NCBI GenBank assembly: GCA_030390025.1
Contig: CM059430.1
Span: forward strand, 160,332,001 to 160,396,000
Source of the DNA: Squalus acanthias
Taxonomy: Eukaryota
Reading direction: 5' to 3'
Length of the DNA: 64,000 nucleotides
In this document: positions 51,932-63,157 of the stretch, in pieces
How positions within the stretch are numbered: the first letter of the stretch is position 1
How the letters are laid out: each line of letters starts with the position of its first letter
Position numbers and translations under genes: made by a program
Notes under the pieces: generated by a model
Database searches by the model: none
What the model saw: only the letters and a program-made list of their open reading frames with translations
Told to the model about the DNA's origin: nothing

Positions 51932-52530
51932 CCTCTTACCCTCTCTTGATCTTTTCATTGGGAACTGCTGGTGTGACGTTGGCTGTTTCAGTTTCTCTAC
52001 TCACTTCGCTCACTCTAACCTACCTCCCTCTGAACTTGCAGCACTCCGTTATCTCAGGTCTAACCTACATTACAACAGTGACGACACTTCAAAAGAACTT
52101 CATAGGCGTAAAGCACTTTGGGACATCCTGAGGTCATGAAAGGAGCTATAAATAAATGCAAGTCTTTCTTATTTTCTTTCTAACCCTGTCATTGTCATTA
52201 AACCTGTTGACAAGGGCGGCACTTTTGTTCTTTCCTCTCCTCCCCACTTTCCCTGCCTCTGTACTTGCTTAAAAACAAACAACTTGCATTTATATAGCGC
52301 CTTTAACGTAGTAAAATGTCCTAAGGCGCTTCACAAGAGCGGTATCAAACAAAATTTGTTTTCAAACAAAAACTGTTACATCTCTAACTTTTTCCAGTTC
52401 TGATGAAAGGTCATCGACCTGAAACAATAACTCTGTTTCTCTCTCCAGAGTTGCTGCCTGACCTGCTGAGTATTTCCAGCATTTTCTGTTTTTATTTCAG
52501 ATTTCCAGCATCCGCAGTATTTTGCTTTTG
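51932..52530 (+). mobile_element. Internally deleted Penelope-like element (RT N-terminal fragment + pLTR) with nested SINE/L2 tails
   Basis: LLPSLDLFI...SNLPPSELAALRYLRSN resumes after the insertion as NPVIVIKPVDKGG, matching the Penelope RT IKPADKGG motif. Confidence 0.75.
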
Positions 52531-52596
52531 ATTGAATGATAATTGTTGTGAAATACTTTAGTCCTTGGATTTGATTTTTTTGATATCTATCCACAG

Positions 52597-52710
52597 GAAC
52601 GCTCCAGCTCTGTATATAATGGTAATGGCAGCAATCACTGGCCCCGAACGTTAAACCTGGACTATCTAGCCTTAGACTTCAATGCAACGTCTCCCTCTCC
52701 TGTTCAGAAG
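52597..52710 (+). CDS. GAB3: GAB3 coding exon 9 (first SHP2 site)
   Basis: ccacag| ... AAG|gtattt, 114 nt, phase 0. Encodes LNLDYLALDFNATSPSPVQK. Confidence 0.93.
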
Positions 52711-52899
52711 GTATTTTATCCAGATTTTGCTTGATTGGGTTACATTAATGCATTTCAGTTTGCTACTTGAAATATATGTAGCAATTAAGAATATAATTGA
52801 GTGATGGCACACATCTAGACAAGTTCTCTATAAATAATGCCCCCCAAAAAACTATGACAAACCTCTAAATGCAAAATGCCCATAGTGGTAGTAAACAAA

Positions 52900-53152
52900 T
52901 AAGAGTGGGAATAAGAAAGGAATGAGAGAGAAACAGATTCAGAGAAAGTGAGTGTGAGAAAGTAGAAGTGTGAAAGTATGGGAGTGCAAGAGAAATTGTG
53001 AGAGAGAAAGCAAGAAAGGGTGAGAGAATGTGAGAGAAAATGTACAAGATAGAGTGCAAAAAAGACAGTGAGATAAAGTAAAAGAAAGAAATTGCAAGAA
53101 TAAAAGAGTGTGAGTGAGAGTAAGAGTGAGAAACGGTGTGAGTGAAAGAGAT
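52900..53152 (+). repeat. Purine-rich (GA) low-complexity tract; CT-rich microsatellite also at 5329-5402
   Basis: Degenerate GAGA/GTGA repeats. Confidence 0.8.
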
Positions 53153-53203
53153 AACACATTTTGCGTAGCATTTAATAGATTGCTTTTTTTGTCTTATACA
53201 CAG

Positions 53204-53344
53204 AAGCCGTTCCTTTCATCCATGCTGGAAGAGCGGGTGGACTATGTCCAGGTAGATGAACAGAAGACCCAGGCTCTGCAGAACACTAAGCAGGAGTGGA
53301 CTGATGTGCGGCAATCTTGTAACCTGTCAAAAACTTTAAAATGA
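53204..53344 (+). CDS. GAB3: GAB3 last coding exon (second SHP2 site, stop)
   Basis: acacag| acceptor. Encodes [30 protein letters not shown], then TGA at 53342-53344. The nine exons sum to 1776 nt, a multiple of 3. Confidence 0.95.
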   Translation, partial: KPFLSSMLEERVDYVQVDEQKTQALQNTKQEWTDVRQSCNLSKTLK

Positions 53345-55954
53345 CGGATTTTTATTGCAACAAAACTTTACCAGCAATGGAATAAGACACAAGACACCAA
53401 TATGGTTCTAGAAATAACAGATTGTAGGAGTGAATTGAAATTTTTTTTTAATTAAGAAGTGAAAGTACAATGAAAACAGGCAGCTTGCTCATTGGTGACT
53501 CAATCCGAGATACAAAGAATGAACTGTATTTCTAACAATGATGCCACCGCATTGGTTTATTTTGAGCAATTTTCGGTTTATGTTTTGACAGCAATGCTTT
53601 CGGTCAGGTACTGTGTCAAATACAATTAAGAAGAATGCCAAGTGGATTTATTGGCTGCTGGAGTAACCCTTATTTTTTTTTTATTGAAAATCCATTGTGA
53701 AGGGTCAAAGGCCAGAGTGCAAAGGACACCACCAAGGTTTAAAAAAGCGTATAAGAGAAAAACACGGTAAAATCAGGAAACGCGATTCGCTGACACCCAG
53801 CTTGAATTTCAGAAGCCCGCCGATTATAGGAGAAATAAGAGGGTTAAGGAGTTTCATAGTTTTGAAGTAGGATGAGTATTCAATGAGTCCTGATTTCAAC
53901 ACAGTGGAAATGTAGGGAAGTCAAAACTGTGCAGGGCGATATTTCTGGAGCTGAGAGAGGAACAAGACATGAAAGTTGAGAGGAACATTAACTATAGTAG
54001 TGTTGATTACAAAAGAAGAGAGAGTAATCTTAGAGGCAAAGTCTGACAGAGGCAGGCATCAACCTTTCTTGTATCCAGGAGTGCAGAAGAGAGGCCAGAG
54101 GAGCCTCTCCATATATGAAAGCAGTATTGAAGTCTTATACAAATAGCAAGATGTCTCAGCCTTGAGTAAGTGAGCAGGGTGTAACCATTGATATTGATAT
54201 TTTGAAGAGGTGGTTTCCACCATCTTGGTCACCAAAGACAATGACAAATATACCAATTTAGTCGTTTGGTTGGACAGTAATCATTTGTAGGCTTAAACAT
54301 TTTTTTTTTTACAGTTTTGATTTTAGTTTGCATCCTAAGAGTAGGCAAAGAGAAACCTCTATGAAATAGGATTGCAAAAGTTTTCGGAAAGTTATAGTGG
54401 AGCTGCTGGACAGTTCCACAAGTCCCAATGACATATTTCCAAATTATCTTCACTTTCTAATCAAATAGGAATTTCTGCCTCATTCTAAGGTTCCTCTTTT
54501 TGCTGGAATTATTATTACATTTATTGCACTAGTTATCAGGTAACTTTTTTCAGATTGTGCAGAAGTGCTTATTCTGGGTCAACAAAAAAATAAAAAACAG
54601 GTTTATAATTTAACTCAGGAATAGAAACATCAGTGATGATAAAACAAATGCTAGAAATATGAAATAAAAACAGAAAATGCTGCAAATACACAGCAGGTCC
54701 AAAAGCGTCAGAAGAGAGAAAAGACTGATTCATGTCTTGGATAGAGACCCTTTGTAAGAATGAATGAAGAGCCTCCAACCGAAGTATTAGCCTCTTACAG
54801 ACGCTGGCAGACCGGCTGTGTCTTTCCAACACATTCTGTACTTTTTGTAGAAACATCAGCAGTCGATTGCACCTTTTCAGGAAATGTATAGGTGAATAGA
54901 CTAAGAGGACTAGTTGTTTGACGCCACCTTAATCAAGCCTAAACCTGGTCCAACCCAATAAAGGTGACATTCCCTTCTCTGGCTAAATAGCAACCTGGAA
55001 ATTATTCTGCTCCGTTTTCTTCTTAGCTACTTAAGCAAATCCTTTCTTATAAGCACAAACAAAAATGATGGGCTGGTGTAGGCATGGCTTAGGGTGCAAC
55101 CCTGGAAAAGTCTGAAAATTATCTTATCCTTTAAACCAATGGTACCTCCAAAATAGTTTGTGAGATACATGTCCTTTAGATACTTTTTCCCGAACACCAT
55201 TGCTCTCCTGTTGAGCTCTGGATTTTTTTCCACATAGTACAAGTGAGAAAAGATTGTGGACAGTAGCTAGATTCAGTAGTCAGTTTCTATTCTTCCACCT
55301 GAAGACACTGATTTTCAGTGAGGTACAGTTTCCAATACCTCACCTAAGTTATTATTCTTCATGTGCTGGACAGTGAGTGTCAACAGACTATTCAAACTAG
55401 TGGGGGATGGGAGTTAACATCACGGCTGAGCCCTATTCCATTCTCACCCGAGGTTCATGGATACGCACTATTTCCACTGGGGAGTGATCAAATTGCAATG
55501 GCCGTGGCTGATTTTTCCTTTCCCAATGCTAGGGAAACATAGGCTAATTATAACATCATAAATGCTGCCCCAACTGTAATCTGCTGGCTCAGCACAGAAG
55601 GGGAATTGAACCTAAGACCTATTAATCTTGAGGGCTTAGCGCTACACTGAGCAATGTCTTTACACACTAGGCCATTGAGGAGAGCTCGTCGTCAGTCTCA
55701 AAGACCCCAGGCAGTTTTAATATGGTGTTAGATAATACAATGACCAGCTCCATGCATGTTAATCTGGAACTATTTGTATTACAATTTCAGTGCTAACTCC
55801 TTGTTTTAAATTTAATATTTATGGTGCCATTGTTTTAAAATAATATGAATGCTGGTAATTTGTATTAATGTCTGCCATGTGACCTATGGGTGCATCAGGG
55901 CAAAAAGGGAAGAGATACTTTGATCATATGAACAGAAATAGCAAAGGGACTGAA

Positions 55955-56310
55955 TGTAGCAGTGGGTTACACACTGGAACCTGGGTTCAAATTCAGCTCG
56001 GATTGGCGGGTTGAAAGTCTTTGTAGTTTGGTTACAAGAGCCCTACGTGAAAAGAGTTTGGGGAGTCTCAGTTCAGCTCCTAGTGAACATGGGCTACCAC
56101 ACAAAATTATCCGAATTGACCACTAATTTGGCAGTATTTTGCACTATATTTGCAGGCTTTGCTGTGATGCTGTCCATTGTCAAAACCCCAGTCAACTCTC
56201 ACTGAGTCGGCACTACATAAGAATGGTCATTTGGATGAGGTACAAGATGGTGAAGCCATACCCCACCCAAAGCCAACACCTCCAAAAGAGGGAAGAAAAA
56301 TTGGGGAAAT
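55955..56310 (+). mobile_element. LF-SINE-like element; partial second copy at 58185-58305
   Basis: GGTTCAAATTC B-box, then cctacgtgaaaagagtttggggagtctcagttcagctcctagtgaaca...acaaaa...cactaatttggca, which resembles the LF-SINE core as recalled. Confidence 0.6.
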
Positions 56311-58681
56311 TCTTTTTTTTTTTAAAAAGATCCTACTGGAGTGAACTTGAGGTTAATGAAAGGGATTGAACAGCACAATGGTTGCTAAGGCATCATTTTG
56401 TGCCCCCTGAAATTTAAGGGGAGATTTTCTACTTTGGTGTTCCTGCCACACATAGGGAACACATAGCAGGAAACTGCACTCCCAGACCATCATTTTTTTA
56501 ATTCTTTAATGTTTAACTTAACAAAATTAACTGTGTGTTGGGAGTGGCAAGAAGAAAATCTCCCCTATAACTCCCAGAAATAAAGAAAACCTCCCCTTTA
56601 ATCCTCCTTTCCCTCTCCCGCCAACTAAGAAAGAGAAAAACTGATGGATAAATATCCCATTTTAAAATGAAAGAGTTCAACAACATACTGGAATGTTAAC
56701 CAAAAAAAAATTCAAAAGCAAATTCTTTTTCCAATTTTTCCTCTTTGACCAAAGATAAAGCCACCATTCTAAGTAATGGACAATAGTAGTGCAAGCACTT
56801 TCTATTCATTTCAGGAAAATAATAAATTATATATGAACAATCAGATAACTAGAAATAAAGCCAATCATGTCAATGTTTCATTCAAAGAGCTTGTATCCAA
56901 ATAGTCATTTCAACCAATGCCAAGATAGCACCTCTCCTAGGGGTTGAAATTGCACTGTGCATTATGCATTCACACATTCAGATTAAATTCCTCTGATAGT
57001 TTAGCAAAGGCATTAACCCATGATTATTATTGCACAGTGCAGTTTCAATCTCTTGCAGACTGAGTCCTATCTATAGTAACAGGTAAATTATCAGAACAGA
57101 AATATTTTAACTTCCTTTTTTGGTCTTGATTACATGTAAAGTAAATTTGGTATTAATATTTCATTATAAAATATAAAACAGACAGTAAAGCCAAGGATGT
57201 ATTTTTTTTATGACAGATGATGTGAACACCCTGCCCATCCACCTCACCAGGTCCAATTAGTTCACACAAGTGACGCTTAGCTGTAGTCTTACTTCTAGGC
57301 ATTGTAAATATTTCACCCCCTTTTATCATATGGCTTCTCAACTCTGAACCTTGTTATACTGAGGAGGGCAGGTGAGCAGTTGCTTTTGGTGCTAAATATG
57401 GTAGAACACTATTTAACTGGTACATTCTACAGTTCTACCACATGTCATCACTCATGTCACCTACGTCCATTCTGTGGAAGTAAAAATAATGATACCATAT
57501 GGCATTAATTTCACTAACTTTTTATCAAAGGTCTTACTTGAGGGCCACTGTCAGGAATGCATCAGCTCCTGGGATGCAGGTCTGCACCTGGAATTTGCCA
57601 TAGTGAGTTCCTGACCTCTATCATCCTACTTTATGTAGTTGTCGGGCACCTCCACACAGAAACAGAAAGAAAAATAGTTCTCTTAAATAGTTCTAACTAA
57701 TTGCTCCGGGAAATGTGGAAAAATCCCACCTTCTAAAAGCATTCCAAAAAAAATGAAAAACTACAAATACTGGAAATTCAGAATAAAGACATAAAATGCT
57801 GGAAATACACAGAAGATCACTCAGTCTCTGTAAAGAGAAATTACTTTTAGGGTGTGCAGCCTTCATCAACATTTCTTCCCATCTTATTAAAATTTGTTTC
57901 TATCTTTAAGCCTTCGGGGGTAAGGGTATTAAGGGATATGATGCATAGGCAGGTAAATCAGGTTAAGTTACTGATCAGCCATGATCTACTTGAATGGCAA
58001 AACAGGCTCGAGGGGCTGAATGGCCTACTCCTGTTCCTAAGTTCCTAATCTTAACCTAACCCACCCAACAAGAAACAGACAAGATGAATGCTGGTAAATT
58101 GTATTAATATCAGCTGTTTAACCTATGGATTCATCAAAGCAAAAAGACATGGGATACTTTGTTCACAAAAATAGCAAGAGCTGAATGTAGCAGTGGACCT
58201 GGATTCAAATCCAGCTCCGATTGATGGGATGAAAGTCTTTGTCTCTTGGCTACAAGAGCCTTACTTGAGGAGTTACCGCAGTCTCAGTTCAGCACCGAGT
58301 GAACTTAATGGAAAATAAAATCGGCTGTTGTATAAAATGGGCGGCTGACCCAATCTCGTCAATTTTCCACCAAACATATTGGGTTAAAATTACCCCATTC
58401 AATTCTGATGAAGGATGCAAACCTGAAAGATAAAAACCTGTCTTTTCTCTGTTTACAGCAGATGACTGACCTGCTTTGTATTTCCTTCATCTTACATTTT
58501 TATTTCTAATAACACTCCCTTTTCCAGAAACCAAGAAAAGGAGAAGGGATAGCATTGAATCCCAACTCAGTTAACATCCCAGTCAGGCAGGCTATAAATG
58601 GAGCCTCAGAAATATAAAGAGCAGCCAAGGACCGCAAGTGTTGGAGAGTGGAGCAGCAAATAGCTGCCATATTGTATATGT

Positions 58682-58833
58682 GAGGTTATAGTCCAACAGC
58701 TTTATTTGAAATCACAAGCTTTCGAGCGCTGCTCCTTTGTTAGGTGAAGTCCTGACCAAGGAGCAGCCGCTCCGAAAGCTTGTGATTTCAAATAAAGCTG
58801 GTGGACTATAACCTGGTGTTGTGCGACTTCTCA
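58682..58833. mobile_element. Miniature palindromic Penelope-like insertion with 14-bp TSD
   Basis: Same sequence family as 20697-21471, with about 62-bp inverted arms plus a tail. CATATTGTATATGT at 58668-58681 and 58834-58847. Confidence 0.85.
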
Positions 58834-59911
58834 CATATTGTATATGTACAACTGCCTAATGGCATCTTTATGGGAACAGGGATTGCAGTGCGAATGACAA
58901 TAAGAGGTGTGGACAAGTTAACCCACAGATATGAAATGTTGTCTAGCAGCTGCCGAAAAAATAAAAATCGACCAACTTGGAGTCAGCCAAATAAGTAAAT
59001 GTAAAGTTGCACTGGGCTCGGTAGAAGAAAAAGTCACAAGATCCTTATATTGTTCAAGAAAAAATATATTACCAGTTGTTTGACAGACTAGAGCTTTCTG
59101 TCTCATTTTCTAATCTGCTTTTTTAAAAAAAAAATTACTGAACTGTCACTTGAATAAATTAGTAAAAGAAAATCACATTATTAAGAACAATCTCTTTTTA
59201 AACAAAGAACAATATAAGGGTTTTTCTCAGTATGAAATATGTGTCTGAATCTTGTTCCTATTTAGCTTGGAAATGATAAGATCAGAAGATAGATGCAGAT
59301 GAGGAAGAACATTCGACTCATCCTTGCTCACCCATCTCGAAAGGCCTACAGTATCTCATCACAGCATCCAACTTAAATTAAATGATTCCAGGGTTTCCGT
59401 CTCCATTTTCCTGCTCAGAACTCCATTCCATGTGTTGATCACAACTTATGTGAAGACCTTCTGGACATCAGTCCAAAATTTGCCACATTGAACTTGTGCC
59501 CCCACGTCCCCTTGAAATAGTGCTCTGCATTCATCTTTTCGGTACCGTTTGGTATATTATACGACAGATGTTTCACACTAATAGGCAGATGACTACACAG
59601 AATTTGCCAAAACTTTTACACAGTTGTGCAACAGAGGCATCCCATTGTTTTGCACCTTTCTATTGTGTTCAGGAAAGTTGTGTTTCTGCTTTTTTTGGGG
59701 GGGGAGGGAGTAGTTATTTTGCTGTGCTCCAATTTCCCAGGTCAAAAGCATTACACAATTATCAACGGGATAGTTAGCCAAAATACCTAATTATGGGGTC
59801 CAAAATAAATCAGTTTTCAGAATAAAGGGATTTGACTGGAATCACGGATTAGGAGGAGAAATGGATTGGGATAGATGCAGTTCAGAATCTTCCCCTTGTC
59901 TATTCGTCGAT

Positions 59912-59975
59912 TGTAAATATTTGTATATAAGGCTCTGTAAAATATTTCTGTTAAAATAAACTGTGTGTTGTGCTA
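59912..59975 (+). promoter_or_regulatory. Candidate GAB3 distal polyadenylation signal with two Pumilio-type elements
   Basis: TGTAAATA (59912) and TGTATATA (59922), AATAAA at 59955-59960, then a GT-rich tract. This is typical vertebrate 3' end grammar, but other AATAAA sites exist closer to the stop. Confidence 0.5.
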
Positions 59976-60195
59976 AACATCTCCTCTACATTGTCTGTAA
60001 GTTTAAAGTAACTCTCATTGTGAAGTTAATGGTGTACATGCACTATCTGACTGCATTTTGCAAGAGAAGAAATGATTGACATGGGATAAATCATTCTGAA
60101 GAATAGGTACATTGAAAAGAAAAATGCCTGGTCTCCAATGATTCTACTGAATTTTAGGTGAAGTTGTCAGAAATTTAAACCACTGTAAAATCCTA

Positions 60196-60923
60196 GGGGG
60201 AAAAATTGGGTTGATTTGCGCCCCCGGGGGCGTTAACGGGGCGTAAATCCCCTCGCATCTGGGCACGGCGCCTCGAACGCCTCCTGCAAAATTCAGCAGG
60301 AGGTTAGCGGCAGCGGTAGCCGGTAGCTCCCCGCGGCACTGCACGGCCGGCGATGACATCATCACCATGCGCAGTGCCCTGCTTGCGCCCCGGCCGCAAA
60401 CTTCCCTTGCATCCCCTGACCTATCGCCGGATGATATGTCTGACGGGGTCAGGGGTCGTTTTTGCAGCGGCGACGGCGCTAGTAAACGGGGCAGGTGTCG
60501 GGCGGCCATTTTTTTTGGCCAACTGCCAGCACCTGCCCCCTTCCCCTTTTTCCCTCAGGGTGCCGGCCGCGATCGCTCAGCCTGGCACTCCTCTCGAGTG
60601 CCGATCTGTTTTCACGGCACCCCGCTCCCCGGTAGTCTAGCAGGACCCCGGTGCGCGCAGCGCTAGGCCCCTCCCCTTTAATCAGGGGAGGAGGCCGGCA
60701 ATGACGTGGTGCTACGTGCCACCACGCATGGTGCTGTTACACGTAGCGCCGCAATCCTCAGTAGTAGCGCCCCAAGAAGGAGGTGGAGTGCTTCAAGTAG
60801 TGCTCCACCTCCTGCTCCAATTACTGAATTTCCGGCGGAGGGGCGCTAACTTTTTCGGCGCGCTAAAATTAGCGCCCCGGCGACATTAACGCCCCAAAAG
60901 GGGCGCCACCCAATTTATCCCCC
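60196..60923. mobile_element. Harbinger-type MITE family B relative
   Basis: GGGGGAAAAATTGGG ... CCCAATTTATCCCCC. Internal similarity to 9401-10137. Confidence 0.82.
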
Positions 60924-63157
60924 CTAAAGTTTTACCAGATTCTGTTTATAATATTGGTGAAGGAAAGGAAATAATTGAATCAAGTTTGATCCCTGGTCTG
61001 TACCAAGTTAGTTGATTCAGCTGGGCAGGCCTGGAAGTGTTACTATAGGCATCAGTGCCTCTGGGCTGGAAAGGAGGGGAAATCAACCTGGGTTCCTATT
61101 CCTGAAGGCTGTCCAGACCTCTACTGGAATGTATATACATGTGGATATTGGGTGTGGAAAAGATGATGCTCTCCACAATGGGTTAACTCACTGTCTAGGT
61201 TCACAACTCGCAGAATTGGGACTTTTACAAGGTACGAGAAGGCTGCAAGCACCCATGGAATCATACCCCCAACATGAATCAGTGTTTCCAAGATAGGAGG
61301 ACAGAAAATTGGGAATAAGTTAAAGCAAATGCATCTTTTTACTATTTCCAACACTTTTGATAGCTGCCTGAATGTGACAGTTAAAAGTTAGGTAACTGCT
61401 TATACTGCTGTAACAACCAGCATCATTCTTCATCTCAGAGAACCAAGCAATGTATCTTGGTTGGAAAGGATTGTGAACCCTGCTTAAGCAAGATAAGTGA
61501 CAGGAAGAAGTAGAAGTCCCTCAACGCTGTACTTCTTTTGCAGTAATTAAAATAGATCCATTTAACATTAGGGAATATTTGCAGGGTTGACTATTCATGA
61601 GGCAAGGTTACCATAGCATTAAAGAAAGAAAGAACTTGAGTTTATATCGTACGTTTCACACCCTTCGGACATCCCAAAGTGCTTCACAGCCAATGAATTA
61701 CTTCTTGAAGTGTAGGCATTGTTATATATGGAAATGCAAGAGTCAGGTTGCATACACTAAGAGCCCACATCTGTTTTCTGGTGGTGTTGGTTGAGGGATA
61801 AACGTTGGCCAGGACCACCAGGACAGCTCCCCCGCTCTATTTTCAATAATGCCTGGGTATCTTTTGCATCAACTTAAACAGACAGACAAGGAATCAGTTT
61901 AATATCTCATCCAAAAGATGACACCTCTGACAATCCAGCACCCTCTTAGACTGCACTGAAGTGTCAGCCTAGTTTCCTTAATTAGTGCAGTGTTCAGTTC
62001 CTGTCGAATGAAATGAGATAAGATGAAGTGAAATACAGAGGAAATCATTTTAGGGGAAAATTATGTTTTAAAAATTGTCTTTGTTAGATTCAGATATCTT
62101 GGTAGAATGAAGGTGACCCAGAAAACTGACATTTACTATACAAACTAGTGCATAAAAAATCAGAGTGAAAGTATTTCTTTTGATAGTTTTATCAAAATTC
62201 CCAATTCACATTCTTATTGATTTTTTTGCTCAAATTGTCAGCAAGAGGAACGTCAATACTGCAGTCACTTTTCTGTTCTTCAGTTCAATAGGTTTTATTA
62301 TAAGTTAACAAGAACACAAATTAAGGAGTACCAAAATATTAAGAACTACCAACAGGTCATGCAGTCAGCAAATACACAACATTCTGCCTCAGCACAAACA
62401 CTCTCTTGAGTTCAGAGGGAGGTCATTTTGGTTTCTGAAAGTGGTTGCTATTATTACAACAACTGATCAGGATGGTCATGGGTTTAGGGTCAAGGACTAT
62501 CCATTATTCAAGTATACCCTTCAGTGTTGGGACAGGTGTGATCACTACTCATTTCATGCCATTAAAAACAGCATTGCAAAGTAGCAGAGTGCTTCCCACA
62601 GGATGTAAGCTAAATTAACATTTTCACAATCATGAAAGTCTTGGAAGTGAACAACCCATTTTCTAAACTGAAGGTGCTGTCAAAAGAAGTCTCTTATTTT
62701 CCTTTTCAAGATTTTATTTGCCTTTTTGTGCTCTTCAAGGTGAAGGATGAGTGCTGGAGAATGAATTGGACACTTTCAAGCACCCAATGTCAGCACCACG
62801 CACTCTCAGGTTAGATGTAGCATGGGTAAATATAAAGCTCAGTCCAGTATGTCCCAACAATATATCTTAGCTCCAACCTTAGAAATGCACTCTCTACTGG
62901 ACCAGTGTGACATTTTTATTTCCATCTGGCATACCAACCAACCTCTGGCCTTGCTGAATGAGAGAGGGTCACTTTTGTGCTGTAAACACATGCATACTAG
63001 GAAATGCATTGAGACTGCCCAACTTTATTTCCTCCGGTGAGAGAGTCCAGAACAAGGGGACATGACCTTTGTGTCAGCGATGGCTCAGTGAATTAGAAGG
63101 TTGTGGGTTCAAGTCCCACTCCAGAGACTTGAGCACAAAAACCTCGGCTGACACTCC

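Noticed and set aside
16812-53344. Assignment as GAB1 or GAB2
   Set aside because: [33 protein letters not shown] and DYL.LS.CET match GAB3, and no GAB1-type Met-binding segment is evident.
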